Shown: piece by piece, positions 1 to 10,518 of the stretch | Layout: each line of letters begins with the position of its first letter | Numbering within the stretch: position 1 is the first letter of the stretch | DNA from: a virus | Virus record (IMG/VR): IMGVR_UViG_3300037149_000100 | DNA: 64,000 nucleotides | Strand: one strand, 5' to 3' | Notes under the pieces: generated by a model | Database searches by the model: none | What the model saw: only the letters and a program-made list of their open reading frames with translations | What the model was told of the DNA's origin: nothing | Program-made: the position numbers and the translations under genes

Positions 1-2
1 TG

Positions 3-482
3 GCTGGCAACGCCAACCTCGCCATCGTTGCACTAGTCGTGAAATACACCAACTGCGACCCCAAGACCGGCAAATACGGTCTGGACCGGGACGGTCGGAA
101 GATCGTGGACACTGAGTGGGAGTTGGGCCATGTTAGTCTCAGCCGCACCAACTACACCGCTATTAACCGTATGATGGAAGACGAAGATGGTGCCACTGGC
201 ACCCCTGAGACGGTCTATGACTTTGACATCATTATGACTCATAACGAGGCCACTGGCATTGGTTACACCCTCACCCGTGCATCCCGCACTCCCCGTTACC
301 GCAAGGATCCAGAGATGGTTAAGGCTATCGAAGCAGAGGCCACTGAGAAGGGGCTCCTGGACGGCAAGTTGCTCACCGGACGGCTTGGCCGCAAGATCAA
401 CGCTATCGAGTGGAAGGCCCTGCTCTCCGGCCTCACCGGAGCCAATGATGATGATGATGCTTCGGACAATAGTGACCTGTAA
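3..482 (+). CDS. 5'-truncated protein with acidic C-terminal tail, possibly ssDNA-binding protein
   Basis: Frame open from window edge; ends DDDDASDNSDL; lies just before resolvase and recA. Confidence 0.35.
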   Translation, partial: AGNANLAIVALVVKYTNCDPKTGKYGLDRDGRKIVDTEWELGHVSLSRTNYTAINRMMEDEDGATGTPETVYDFDIIMTHNEATGIGYTLTRASRTPRYRKDPEMVKAIEAEATEKGLLDGKLLTGRLGRKINAIEWKALLSGLTGANDDDDASDNSDL

Positions 483-502
483 GTAGCCCAAGAACTTGAC
501 AC

Positions 503-530
503 TCGGGGAGCCCCAGGGCTCCCCGTTTTT
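503..530 (+). terminator. Rho-independent terminator
   Basis: CGGGGAGCCC-CA-GGGCTCCCCG followed by TTTTT. Confidence 0.75.
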
Positions 531-566
531 GCCTCCCTATGGGGGAGTAGATGGAAAAGAGAAGTA

Positions 567-1391
567 GTGGCCCCACGTAAGCCGAAGAAAACGTTCGCTG
601 AAAAAATAACCTTCCCCTCCAAGGAGCCGGAGATAACACATTGGATGGTGCTGGGGCTGGACCCATCCTTGAGCCGCACTGGCTATGCACTTAGCCTGGA
701 TGGGCAGTGGATTGAAATCGGGTCACTGAAACCTGATGATTCATCCCTTCCGATTTGGGTTAGATCAAAAATGATCGCCGGAACAATAACTGAGCGACTT
801 TATGAAGCTATCCAACCCACCCTCAAGCAGGCTCCCAAGGAGCTTGAATCTGGGGGTTATGGGTATGGGTTGTTGGTGTGCATGGAGGTTCCAACCCCTA
901 GAAATGACTTCCTTAATATCGTCTCAAAGGCCATTCATGCCGATCTTCTCCCTCGACTTCCTTCCCTGTTTTCCTCTGTTCACGTTCTCCAAATTAATGC
1001 AGCTACGATGAGATCCAATATGGGGCTCACAGCAACCGGAGATAACAAGTGGGAGAATGTTCGCAAGAGTCAAGAGTTCGCGGACTCCAAGGTATACCCA
1101 GGCATCGATTCGGATTCATGTGATGCAATCCTATTCTCGAAATATGGTCATATGATAGCTGACCTCCTCTCTCCAGAGATGTTGGTAGGTGAGTCCCCAA
1201 TGCTGCTAAGCCTCTGTGATAACACCCCAGTAGTGAAGGGTAAGGGTAAGAGAGCCAAAATCGTGACCAAGGGGATCCTCCATAATCCTGCATATTGGTA
1301 CACCTACACCCCAACCGAATACAGTATTAGCTTAAAAGACGCGACCGTTCCTCCGAAGAAGCGGCTGCAAAAAATCATCATAACCTTCTAA
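567..1391 (+). CDS. RuvC-like Holliday junction resolvase
   Basis: VLGLDPSLSRTGYA, VCME and DSDSCDAI RNase H-fold acidic motifs; next to recA. Confidence 0.75.
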   Translation: MAPRKPKKTFAEKITFPSKEPEITHWMVLGLDPSLSRTGYALSLDGQWIEIGSLKPDDSSLPIWVRSKMIAGTITERLYEAIQPTLKQAPKELESGGYGYGLLVCMEVPTPRNDFLNIVSKAIHADLLPRLPSLFSSVHVLQINAATMRSNMGLTATGDNKWENVRKSQEFADSKVYPGIDSDSCDAILFSKYGHMIADLLSPEMLVGESPMLLSLCDNTPVVKGKGKRAKIVTKGILHNPAYWYTYTPTEYSISLKDATVPPKKRLQKIIITF

Positions 1392-1399
1392 GGAGCAAT

Positions 1400-2644
1400 A
1401 TGGCTGTTAAGCGTATTAAACACAACAAAGAGGCAGGGGATTTCCCTGACCTTAAATCCGCATTTCTGGAAGCCCTGGAAGGTTTTGGAGAAGACCCCAC
1501 AATCCAGAAGATGGAGGTGCAGGAAACGTTTGTCCCAATGGGGTCTATCATCCTGGACCACGTGCTTCAGTTGAAGGGCATCCCCGGTGGAGGTCGAGTC
1601 ATCCAGATTCATGGTAAGGAGCATGGAGGTAAGTCCACTCTGTGTTATAATATCGTCAAGTCCTACCAACGTCTGACTGGAAAGGCGGCGGCAATTTTTG
1701 ATTTTGAAGGGACCAGCACTCCTGAGTATTTCAAGTCTAACGGGGTCAACACTGATCGTGATGCTCTAGTCGTCTTCAAGAACAACTCTGTTGAGGCTGC
1801 GGTTCAGAAGTCAATCGTATTGATGAAGGCTGGAGTTAAAGTGTTCATCTATGACTCTGTTCCCCGCATGAAGTCCATGGTCGATGAGAAGGAGATCATG
1901 AACGGTAAGGCTTTTAAGAACACTGTTGGTCAACATGCAAAAACCATGAACATGTTCTTTGACCTCCTCCTCCCTTATGCCCAACACTACGACTGCGTTC
2001 TGATTATGGTGAACCAGATTCGGGCCAGGATTGACGGGAGTCGAGAGGGTCAGTCGGCTGCGAAGTACTCCACCATCACCAATCTCAACTACATCCTCCC
2101 TGGCGGGTATGCAATGCGCTTCATTCCCAGTCTGACTATCGAAGTCAATGTGGCTAAGGCCCTTCGTGCGGGTGGGGGTGAGTCCGATTGGGACATTGAA
2201 CCCGGTGAGAACAAAGGTAATCATTATGTTGCAACTCGCATTGCCGTTCGTGTCCTGAAAAACAAGGTCACGATGGGTGGATACAGGGCTGGTGAACTCT
2301 ACCTACGTTCTGGTCTTGGGTTGGATGACAACATTAGTATCCGAGAGCTAGCCTTCCGCTATAAGCTGATTGCTTACGTGGGGAAGAAGTGGATAGTGGG
2401 ATTGGAATCTGATCCTATCGCCGTCTATGATTCCAAGGATTCGGCAATTCGGGATATGGTGATAGAGCAAAACCCTGTAGTCCTCAGCAAACTACGAGAA
2501 TTAGTTGTGACGGCTATCGAGAGCGATGAAGGTGGGTTCCTGATTCAGCCTTCGGAAGAGGATCTGGCTTCTTCTGATGAGGATTTCTATCAGAAAATCA
2601 CCACTAAGGTTGCATTTGATGATGATGAGCAGGATCTGTCATGA
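1400..2644 (+). CDS. recA: RecA/UvsX recombinase
   Basis: GRVIQIHGKEHGGKST (Walker A), FIYDSV (Walker B), VNQIRARI, PGGYAMRF, KNKV. Confidence 0.93.
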   Translation: MAVKRIKHNKEAGDFPDLKSAFLEALEGFGEDPTIQKMEVQETFVPMGSIILDHVLQLKGIPGGGRVIQIHGKEHGGKSTLCYNIVKSYQRLTGKAAAIFDFEGTSTPEYFKSNGVNTDRDALVVFKNNSVEAAVQKSIVLMKAGVKVFIYDSVPRMKSMVDEKEIMNGKAFKNTVGQHAKTMNMFFDLLLPYAQHYDCVLIMVNQIRARIDGSREGQSAAKYSTITNLNYILPGGYAMRFIPSLTIEVNVAKALRAGGGESDWDIEPGENKGNHYVATRIAVRVLKNKVTMGGYRAGELYLRSGLGLDDNISIRELAFRYKLIAYVGKKWIVGLESDPIAVYDSKDSAIRDMVIEQNPVVLSKLRELVVTAIESDEGGFLIQPSEEDLASSDEDFYQKITTKVAFDDDEQDLS

Positions 2645-3183
2645 TCATCGACTCCAACAACCTCATTCTCAAAGCCTTTTGGTTCCTAGCCCTCCTGGGC
2701 TCTACCCTATTCATGGCCACACACCTTTCCTACAGCCCCAGTGCCCTTCATTATGGATTGTGGGCTGGCGGGATTGTCTTGGGTGGCTACCTGACAGGGC
2801 TTCTGGGTGTCCTGACTTACACCGTGGCTCATTCCGGAGGGGTCGATCAGGCCCTTCGAGAAATGGATACGCTGGAAAAGTTTGTGGATGCGTTGGCTGA
2901 ACCCTTCCCATGGGCCGATAAGGCTTTTTGGTTCACCGGGCTCTACCTCACCTCCCTCCTTTGGGACTGGCCACTTCTACACGGGGCTCTGCTGTGTGTC
3001 TCTGCTTCACTCCTAGCCACTACCGTTATCTGCATCATTCGCAATTTTCATCTCATCAGAGCCTTCCTTCGTCTCACGATAAAAGAAGTGATGATTGAAA
3101 GTGCGATCAGGGATTTAGTCTCCCATATCTGGTCTTCTAAAGCGGGCAAGGAATGCGATAAAGAGGGCGAAGAGGAATCATGA
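2641..3183 (+). CDS. hypothetical membrane protein
   Basis: About four hydrophobic segments; ATGA coupling to recA. Confidence 0.6.
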   Translation: MIIDSNNLILKAFWFLALLGSTLFMATHLSYSPSALHYGLWAGGIVLGGYLTGLLGVLTYTVAHSGGVDQALREMDTLEKFVDALAEPFPWADKAFWFTGLYLTSLLWDWPLLHGALLCVSASLLATTVICIIRNFHLIRAFLRLTIKEVMIESAIRDLVSHIWSSKAGKECDKEGEEES

Positions 3184-4412
3184 AGTTTCGACTGGTAGGT
3201 AAGGATTTTCAGTCTTGGAAGACCTTCGATTTGAAAGTCAACGGGTTTACCATCATCGTTGGCAGTTCAAATCGAGGGAAGTCCGCCATTGTTAGATCTC
3301 TGCGTGGTATTCTGAGAAATCAGGTTCAGGATGCCTTCATTCGTCATGGTCAAAAAGCAGTAGAACTTAAACTCGAAGTAGAGGATGGGCCTACGGCGGT
3401 TCTGACTAGAGGGAAGACGTTAACCTATAGGGTTAATGGCGAAGACTTTGCCAAACTCAATGGTGATGTGCCCCAGCTAATCAAAGACCTGAAACTGGGG
3501 GAGATCACCATCGGTTCCGCCAAGCTGGACCCCACATTCGCAGGGCAGTTTGACAGCCAGTTCATGATGAACCTGTCTCCCAGCGAATTAAACTCTGTAT
3601 TCGGTCTGTTCAGCAATACCGAGCAGTTGAATCAGGGCAAGAAGGCCATTAACCTCAACAATACTGAAATCAACTCCCAGGCCAAGATGCTGGCTCTGGA
3701 AGTTCAGGTGGGTCATACCAAAATAGCCGCCATTGAGGAGATTAAGCTCCATTATCTTGCCCTCGCCCCTCAGCATGTTGAGGCTACCCATAATGTGGAA
3801 GCGGCTCAGACAGTGCAGACTCTATTGAATCAGAGAGCAGTGCAATGGAGCAGGGTTGTAAGTCTAGAAAGCATCAACCGAATTACCCCACCCTCCACCT
3901 TGAAGGTAGCGAAGTCACACAAGGTTCATGACCTCCTGCTTCATCGAACTCAGGTAACAACCCGTACCAAGGCCCTCCGCCAAGCCTCTCAGGTGGCTCT
4001 ACCTTCGACCGAATTGGTCTCTCGCTACCTTCGCCTAGGGAAGAGCCTCCGACAGGTCCAGAAGCTCCAGGAACGTATTACGGTGGGCTCTGGGGTGCTG
4101 GTTTCGGCCCGTGAGGTCAAATGGGGTCTGATGGTAAGACGATGGGGATTGTGGAACAGCTACTTCCCCCTGCGAAAACGACTTGAAGCTGCCCCCTCTG
4201 TTGTCTCAGTGAGTATGAGCAAGCTGAACGAGGACTTGAAGACCCTAAAGCTTCTCTCCACTCATCCTAAGATTAGAGCCATAGTTGCGACTCATAGTGG
4301 GGCACTGCTGAATAATCTCAGTGAACTTGCAATTCTGCACCAGCAACTTCATGAACTCACAAAAGATGTCATCTCATGCCCGAAATGCGGGTATCAATTT
4401 ATCAAGGAGTAG
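3180..4412 (+). CDS. SbcC/Rad50-like ATPase, N-terminal half ending at the zinc hook
   Basis: DFQSW, Walker A GSSNRGKS, Q-loop, coiled coil, terminal CPKCG; no signature or Walker B motif. Confidence 0.8.
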   Translation: MKFRLVGKDFQSWKTFDLKVNGFTIIVGSSNRGKSAIVRSLRGILRNQVQDAFIRHGQKAVELKLEVEDGPTAVLTRGKTLTYRVNGEDFAKLNGDVPQLIKDLKLGEITIGSAKLDPTFAGQFDSQFMMNLSPSELNSVFGLFSNTEQLNQGKKAINLNNTEINSQAKMLALEVQVGHTKIAAIEEIKLHYLALAPQHVEATHNVEAAQTVQTLLNQRAVQWSRVVSLESINRITPPSTLKVAKSHKVHDLLLHRTQVTTRTKALRQASQVALPSTELVSRYLRLGKSLRQVQKLQERITVGSGVLVSAREVKWGLMVRRWGLWNSYFPLRKRLEAAPSVVSVSMSKLNEDLKTLKLLSTHPKIRAIVATHSGALLNNLSELAILHQQLHELTKDVISCPKCGYQFIKE

Positions 4413-4414
4413 TC

Positions 4415-4696
4415 GTGGCCATAGCCGAAGAAATCCAAGACCTGAACAAACGGATATCCAGCTTGGAGAAGAAGCAGGAAGAAGTCAAGCGCACCCTGGC
4501 CGTTGAGGAGCACAAGCTCTCAGAGCTGGAGGCTCAACTCAAGGAAGAGGGCTACGATGTTTCCAAGATGTCTGATGAGCAGATCGAAGCCCTCATGGAC
4601 AAACTCTCTGAAGAAATCAGCACTGAAATGGAAAGACTCAAGGGAATCATCGCAGAGGCCGAAAAGCAATATGAGAAGTTCCAAGAACTTCGCTGA
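4415..4696 (+). CDS. small coiled-coil protein
   Basis: GTG start after AAGGAG; heptad E/K-rich sequence. Confidence 0.6.
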   Translation: MAIAEEIQDLNKRISSLEKKQEEVKRTLAVEEHKLSELEAQLKEEGYDVSKMSDEQIEALMDKLSEEISTEMERLKGIIAEAEKQYEKFQELR

Positions 4697-4900
4697 GGTA
4701 ATCTATGTGGCCTGAGTCACTCCCCCCTGCACCTTTTTACCCTCTCGTTCTCCCCATGAGGAGAGTAGAGCCGGTAGTGCGGATTCAGCCGCAAGCTCCT
4801 GATAAACGTGCCTTTAGGTTCTCAAACGATCAGGTCGGAACCCTCATTGATGCTTACGCCTAACCGAATCGGCTAGCCGTTCCATAGTGAGGAGAGTCCC

Positions 4901-5530
4901 ATGGAGTTTAAACTTGAACCCCAAGCCCTTATCCCCTGGAAGTTGATGGATACTAATCACTTACGTCAGGATTTGGCCTTGCTAGATATTGATTACATGA
5001 CTTTGGCTTTTGATGAGGGTTTTGAATGGTGCGATGTATCGTTACCTCAAGACAAGGCGCTCAAACTAGTTCGGTTTCTTGACACCCCCAGTCTGAGTCA
5101 CAGGATAGCCTACTTGTTTGGACTGGTGGATACGGAGCGGCTTCAATCCGAGTGTTTTCGGAATTGTATTGGGGCAGTCGTTACGGACGAAGACCTTCGT
5201 ATCCTAGGCTCTGGATTCAACCGTAAGCCCCCTTACTTCACTCATTGCAATACAATGGGGTGCAACCCGGAACGTATCTGTCGGGCCACTTTTCAACCTG
5301 AATTGGTGGCCCTGAGTAAACTAGAAGGCCCCACTCCCACCCCTGCCATCATGTTCTCCAGTGTGACTCCAAACTTAGCCAGTATCAATTTGTGTGAGCT
5401 TCACGGAGTATCAATCATTGTATACTTGGCCACCAGGAAGTTTTCAAAACTGGACACACCAGTCATTAGTTTCAAGACAGTGAAGTCCGGAATACTTTTT
5501 CTTAAGGCCACCCTAGGAGCAGACGAATGA
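4901..5530 (+). CDS. dCMP-deaminase-fold protein, probably catalytically inactive
   Basis: IGAVVTDEDLRILGSGFN motif present; HAE appears as QPE and PCxxC as PNLAS. Confidence 0.5.
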   Translation: MEFKLEPQALIPWKLMDTNHLRQDLALLDIDYMTLAFDEGFEWCDVSLPQDKALKLVRFLDTPSLSHRIAYLFGLVDTERLQSECFRNCIGAVVTDEDLRILGSGFNRKPPYFTHCNTMGCNPERICRATFQPELVALSKLEGPTPTPAIMFSSVTPNLASINLCELHGVSIIVYLATRKFSKLDTPVISFKTVKSGILFLKATLGADE

Positions 5531-5808
5531 AGTTGGTTATTGATCTACGCAGGAAACGAGTCAAGATTGAGTTCGAGGCGACCCAGGATGAAATAGGGCA
5601 ACCAGAGACTCCGGTCAACGTCGAAGTTAAAACCAACAAAAGACAGAATAAACAGATTCTGGATCAAATCCCTGACATCACCGGCAAGCTGCTGTATTAC
5701 TTGACTATGACTAATGTGGTGCTTCTGAACTCCACCTACGCTGAGATGGAACAGATGATCATCAGGGCCTTAGAAAGCGAGAAGTGCAATGATAAGCGAC
5801 CCGTTTGA
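5527..5808 (+). CDS. hypothetical protein
   Basis: Translationally coupled ORF in operon. Confidence 0.55.
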   Translation: MKLVIDLRRKRVKIEFEATQDEIGQPETPVNVEVKTNKRQNKQILDQIPDITGKLLYYLTMTNVVLLNSTYAEMEQMIIRALESEKCNDKRPV

Positions 5809-6151
5809 GCAAGAACACACGGCCATACTCAATCTTCTGGACCATCTTCACTTAGGGTTCAACTCTTCAGTCCTTTTGGGGGACCTGATTGACCATCTGA
5901 GTAACCATTTCATTGATGAAGAGCGGATGATGAAAATTTGCAATTACCCGGAACGGGAACGGCATATCAACGAGCACCTTCTCATCCAAGATTTCGTCCT
6001 GCCTCTCATTCCTCGTCTCCTAGTGGGTAATAGTTCACAAGAGGAACTTGACCTGATGAGGGAGAGAATGGCTCTACATATTTCTTCAGACGATGCCAAG
6101 TTCATTCATTACGCTAACACCTACGCCCCGGAGATGTTCAAACCCTTATGA
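5789..6151 (+). CDS. bacteriohemerythrin-family protein
   Basis: EH...HFIDEERMM...YPERERHINEH...HISSDD di-iron ligand pattern. Confidence 0.85.
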   Translation: MISDPFEQEHTAILNLLDHLHLGFNSSVLLGDLIDHLSNHFIDEERMMKICNYPERERHINEHLLIQDFVLPLIPRLLVGNSSQEELDLMRERMALHISSDDAKFIHYANTYAPEMFKPL

Positions 6152-7164
6152 AACTGCGAAGGATAGATGACGAGGTAAACATTGTGTGGATTACGGATAT
6201 CCACCTTTCTGATCGTCCTCCCGGAAGGCGTTCTGACGCCTATAGGGAACAGATTTTTGCCAAGCTTCGTCAGGTCCGTCAGATCTGCGAGGACAACCAT
6301 GCGATATGTCTGGTTGGTGGGGATGTGTTTCATATCAAAGCACCTAAGTCTCAGGCGAATAGCCTGTCTCTAATCAGAGAGACTATCGAAGTGTTCAGTG
6401 AGTTCCCCGGTGGCTGCGTGTATGGCTGTGTGGGGAACCATGACATCCAGTTTGACCGAATGGACACCCTTCCTCATCAACCATTGGGTATCCTGATGGA
6501 GGCAGGGGTTTATCGGTCGTTGAACGAAGAACCTCTGATCATTGAGACCAGGGAGGAAGCGATGCTGGACCCTTCCTTCGTCATTCAAGTGGATACGTGG
6601 GACTATGCGGAACCAGCCGACACCTATGAAGCCCTGAAGCGATCCACGGCTCGTCCAGAGGGCATTGATTACCGTTTGGGTATCGTTCATGCATCTGGGT
6701 GCAGCGGTGACACGAAGATATTTGGTGAGCAAGTCAGCATGATTGGCTATAACCAACTCCGCAAGCTGGATTATGATATCCTGCTCTGGGGGCACGACCA
6801 CACCAGGACTGAGACGGAACGCTGTGGCAACGTGACTCATATCAACCTGGGCAGCATCGCTCGTGCGGCCCTGTCCCAAGATGAGGCGGATCGTCCGGTC
6901 AGTGCGGTGCTACTCAAATTCACCACCGAAGGAGCTAAGATTAAGGAGATTCCGCTTAGTGTGGTCCCTCTTGAGCAGGCATTCCGAGTGGAAGACAAGC
7001 GAGTAATAGATGTGAAGGACAGCACCAGCATGAAGGCATTTTTCTCAGAGTTATCAGAATCGGTGGACGAGATTCAATCCTCAGACCCGATCACTGTGAT
7101 TGAAGCTCTATGTAAAACGGATGCCAAACTGTGCGCTCACGTAAAGGAGAAGTGCAACCTATGA
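6148..7164 (+). CDS. SbcD/Mre11-like metallophosphoesterase nuclease
   Basis: TDIH, GGDVFH, GNHD, GHDH, NLGS motifs. Confidence 0.88.
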   Translation: MKLRRIDDEVNIVWITDIHLSDRPPGRRSDAYREQIFAKLRQVRQICEDNHAICLVGGDVFHIKAPKSQANSLSLIRETIEVFSEFPGGCVYGCVGNHDIQFDRMDTLPHQPLGILMEAGVYRSLNEEPLIIETREEAMLDPSFVIQVDTWDYAEPADTYEALKRSTARPEGIDYRLGIVHASGCSGDTKIFGEQVSMIGYNQLRKLDYDILLWGHDHTRTETERCGNVTHINLGSIARAALSQDEADRPVSAVLLKFTTEGAKIKEIPLSVVPLEQAFRVEDKRVIDVKDSTSMKAFFSELSESVDEIQSSDPITVIEALCKTDAKLCAHVKEKCNL

Positions 7165-7982
7165 AATCCGTCGAAGAGATTTGGCAATCCGAAGCATCCA
7201 TGGAGGAAGCCTATAAGGATATTCTCCGTATTTCGAAGTTTGATCGTACGGCTGACGCGAGCAAGTTGGTCAATCGGGTAGTGGACAACGAGGTCATGAT
7301 GACCATGAGTGGCACTCCCCTTTACTATGACAAACGGATTTGGATCCTTCAGCACATTCAAGACTTCAACCTAGCTAGCCAGCTTTTGCTTAACTGTCAG
7401 GAAGGGTCAGTCCGCTTTGATATTCCGAAGTTGGACAATGACACTCAAGCATGGCAAAGAGAGGGTAACTTTGAAGCCTCACCCTTCGATAAGAAGGCTA
7501 AGTTCATGGGTGGAGAAGATGAGAAATCTAAGAAGTTTAACACTATTCTTGCTGGAGTTCGTAATCTTAAGATTCTATCAGCGGGGTTGGTAGGTTTCAA
7601 TAGTTTTCGAGTCAGCCCCATCGGCTCTACTCCAGCCCTGGCTGACCTGAATAATCTCTCGAATCTCTCCCTCATGGGATTGAACAACTACGTGGGTCCG
7701 GATGTGAAAGTATGGGCACTAAACCACAAAGCCATCGAAGAGTTTATTCATCTTCGACATCTGGAGGATGGAAGTTTCATGGCGGATGGGTTGGCATACC
7801 CCATCTTCTCTAAGTCCGGTGGGGACATTGCACCCCGTACGATTACGAGTCGATGGATGGCCTATCAAGCTTTAAGCGAACGATTCCGTATCTATGTGGT
7901 CCCCAAATACGATTCTATTCTTACGGTTGGGGATGATCTGCCAGAGGGCTTGAAGGAGTTTGTGAATGAGTTTAAGGGATGA
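7161..7982 (+). CDS. hypothetical protein
   Basis: ATGA-coupled ORF with AAGGAG RBS. Confidence 0.6.
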   Translation: MKSVEEIWQSEASMEEAYKDILRISKFDRTADASKLVNRVVDNEVMMTMSGTPLYYDKRIWILQHIQDFNLASQLLLNCQEGSVRFDIPKLDNDTQAWQREGNFEASPFDKKAKFMGGEDEKSKKFNTILAGVRNLKILSAGLVGFNSFRVSPIGSTPALADLNNLSNLSLMGLNNYVGPDVKVWALNHKAIEEFIHLRHLEDGSFMADGLAYPIFSKSGGDIAPRTITSRWMAYQALSERFRIYVVPKYDSILTVGDDLPEGLKEFVNEFKG

Positions 7983-8217
7983 TTTGAAGGCTAAGCTCCG
8001 AGCCCCCGCCAAGGGTGGGTGGAAGGAACTGATCCAGAATAAGCCTGGGGTTCAGCAGTGTGTCATTGAGATCATAGGTGATACATTGGGGCAGGGTGCG
8101 GTGAATGCGAAGGGGGAAGCCCCTGACAATCTAGTTGCGTTCTTAGATCGCATTCTCCAGAAAAAACAACACATAAACGATTTGGATTTGCTTTTACTTT
8201 TGGATGAGGTTGAATGA
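7966..8217 (+). CDS. hypothetical protein
   Basis: ORF with AAGGAG RBS. Confidence 0.55.
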   Translation: MSLRDDLKAKLRAPAKGGWKELIQNKPGVQQCVIEIIGDTLGQGAVNAKGEAPDNLVAFLDRILQKKQHINDLDLLLLLDEVE

Positions 8218-8840
8218 TGAAAATTGTAGAACCAAGTGTAACCCTTTTGCACCACACTCCTGATGCGGAGAAAGTTATCGAACGAGCCGGAAGGGTTTGT
8301 TGGAAATCAGAGGGGAATATCACTGAAGACTCTCACGTAGCCTTCATCAAAATGATCATGGACCCAAGCCGAAAGCATGAATCTGTATTGGAACATGCCT
8401 CCGCTGGGTTCAGCATTGTGTGTGACCGTGGCATCTCCCATGAGATCGTCAGGCATCGTATCGCTTCATACTCGCAAGCCTCTACTAGATACTGCTGCTA
8501 TGCGAAGGACAAGTTTGGCGGTGAAATTTCGGTTATTCGTCCGAGTGGGATTAAAGAAGGCACAAATGAGGGTGTTGTGTGGTATGAGGGTTGCTACCAT
8601 GCTGAGCGGGCATACCTAAAACTCATTGAACTGGGGGTACTCCCTCAGAACGCTCGTTCGGTCCTTCCGACATGCCTCGCAACTGAGATCGTATGGACAG
8701 CAAACCTCCGTGAGTGGATGCATATCCTCTCCCTCAGGTCGGCAAAAGCTGCCCATCCAGACATTCGAGTTATTATGGAGATGATCAAACCTCATTTGGT
8801 AAGTATTGCTCCGACAATCTTTGCGAATTACGTTTCGTAA
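8214..8840 (+). CDS. thyX: flavin-dependent thymidylate synthase
   Basis: HESVLEH, RHRIASYSQASTRY, ARSVLP, NLREW, AHPDIR. Confidence 0.95.
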   Translation: MMKIVEPSVTLLHHTPDAEKVIERAGRVCWKSEGNITEDSHVAFIKMIMDPSRKHESVLEHASAGFSIVCDRGISHEIVRHRIASYSQASTRYCCYAKDKFGGEISVIRPSGIKEGTNEGVVWYEGCYHAERAYLKLIELGVLPQNARSVLPTCLATEIVWTANLREWMHILSLRSAKAAHPDIRVIMEMIKPHLVSIAPTIFANYVS

Positions 8841-8883
8841 AGTCTGGAATACTGGTACCTCTTCTGTATGAAGGGGATCCCCA

Positions 8884-9426
8884 ATGGGCACTTATTTTAT
8901 CGTAGAGGCATCGCATTTATTTCGTGCCGGTGAGATTCATTCTTCTCAGCTTTATGTTATAGACGTAGTCAGCTATATCGCACGAGAGATACTGAATGAA
9001 CCGATTACTGAGACTTGGGTGCTATTTGGCTCAACCAAGGAGCAGCAGGCTGACAAGTATATCCAGGCGGTAGAGCGGACGGGTGTGAAAGTCATCCGCA
9101 TGGCCCCGATTGATTCACGGATCATTCCAGGGAATATTTTCTATAAACCTTCTACTTATTTGCATGACATTTTTGCCACTTTGCCAACTGGATCACAGGT
9201 GGTGCTAGTGGGGTTTCATAATACTCGATTTGAGGACTTGCTTCGTAAGTATCAGGAGCAGTTCCGAATCAGTATTTGCGCGTTCACTACCAAGTCCAAA
9301 ACAAACAATGATATGAAAATCCCCGACCAATTTCTGCCCTTAGTCGAACGAGCGGTCAGTCTAGATGATCATATCTCTGGCATTAAAAGCGAGTATAAAC
9401 GGTCCAAGCAGGTTGAAGTCCAGTAA
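8884..9426 (+). CDS. possible NYN/PIN-like protein
   Basis: Alternating beta/alpha pattern resembling NYN domains; acidic residues poorly conserved. Confidence 0.3.
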   Translation: MGTYFIVEASHLFRAGEIHSSQLYVIDVVSYIAREILNEPITETWVLFGSTKEQQADKYIQAVERTGVKVIRMAPIDSRIIPGNIFYKPSTYLHDIFATLPTGSQVVLVGFHNTRFEDLLRKYQEQFRISICAFTTKSKTNNDMKIPDQFLPLVERAVSLDDHISGIKSEYKRSKQVEVQ

Positions 9427-9471
9427 TAATCAAGTAAGGATCAAACTTTTTGACACTATGTAGAGGATCCG

Positions 9472-10092
9472 ATGAAATACAGCACTGTTACAGAGGAGCA
9501 ATTGGACGTACTCCAGCAAGGACTAGACTTACTGGCCCACGTTAACCATGACCTCGTACCCACTACGTTGTATTTATATGGCCTGTTAAAGCCAGGGAGC
9601 CCCATCCTTGCGAGTATCCAGGAAGCGGTCGGGGAAGATAACGCTGGAGAGATAAATGAGAGTGAGCTTAATATTGAAACCGCTGCTGTGGCTATTAGGC
9701 TTAGTAGTGATATTCTACAGTTTATTCTAGGCTCTGGCTATCGGGCAAACGATGAAGATTTCCAGTATATGATGAATGGAGAGCTACACGAGAGTAGTTT
9801 ATCCTACGTTTCATCCAAGCCAACCCTACTCCTGTCCGAATTTGAAAAGGTAGCACTTGCAGATGACGGATATTGGTTGAAGGACTTTTTGCAAGCTGAG
9901 GGGGCTGGACGAGAGCAACAGAACCCTTCTGTAGTGACCCGCACCGAACCAGCTACAAAAGAACCGCATGGTGGGGCAGAGAATGTGCTGCATGAGCAGT
10001 ATCCTCACCAGTCATCACTCAAGCCCATAGTGGGTCGGCTCACCTCTGAGATGGTTGAGCAGTTGATTTGGAAGAATCGTCTAAAAACCTAA
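9472..10092 (+). CDS. hypothetical protein
   Basis: ORF with GAGG RBS. Confidence 0.6.
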   Translation: MKYSTVTEEQLDVLQQGLDLLAHVNHDLVPTTLYLYGLLKPGSPILASIQEAVGEDNAGEINESELNIETAAVAIRLSSDILQFILGSGYRANDEDFQYMMNGELHESSLSYVSSKPTLLLSEFEKVALADDGYWLKDFLQAEGAGREQQNPSVVTRTEPATKEPHGGAENVLHEQYPHQSSLKPIVGRLTSEMVEQLIWKNRLKT

Positions 10093-10103
10093 AGGAGACA
10101 CAG

Positions 10104-10466
10104 ATGAGAGTGATGGATGCCCCACCCGCTGCCCAGTCACCAGTTGAGATTCAACTTGTTGTGTCATCCGAATATGAACAGGCTGTCTGGAAGCCTGACT
10201 ACATCAAGGTGCTGCTTTGGTTTGAGACCGAACAGCCCCGAACCCTCGCTGCTAAAATATTGCAAGCTCCACCTTTTGAGATAGTAGGTCCAGTTTTAGA
10301 ATATGTTGCTATACTTAAACCCGCCAAGAAAGTGTTCGATATGACCTGGGCTTTCCTGGAGGATTTCGAAACTCTCAAGGACAGGGGCGCGGTTCCTTCA
10401 GATGCCAAACTAGGCAGTTTTGACTTTATCGAGGAAGACAAACGTTTCCTGGCTTGGGTGATGTAA
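10104..10466 (+). CDS. hypothetical protein
   Basis: ATG after AAGGAG. Confidence 0.55.
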   Translation: MRVMDAPPAAQSPVEIQLVVSSEYEQAVWKPDYIKVLLWFETEQPRTLAAKILQAPPFEIVGPVLEYVAILKPAKKVFDMTWAFLEDFETLKDRGAVPSDAKLGSFDFIEEDKRFLAWVM

Positions 10467-10518
10467 AAAACGTATCTGAATCAGCCTCCCACCGAGTATA
10501 ATATGGTAGGAGGCTCTG

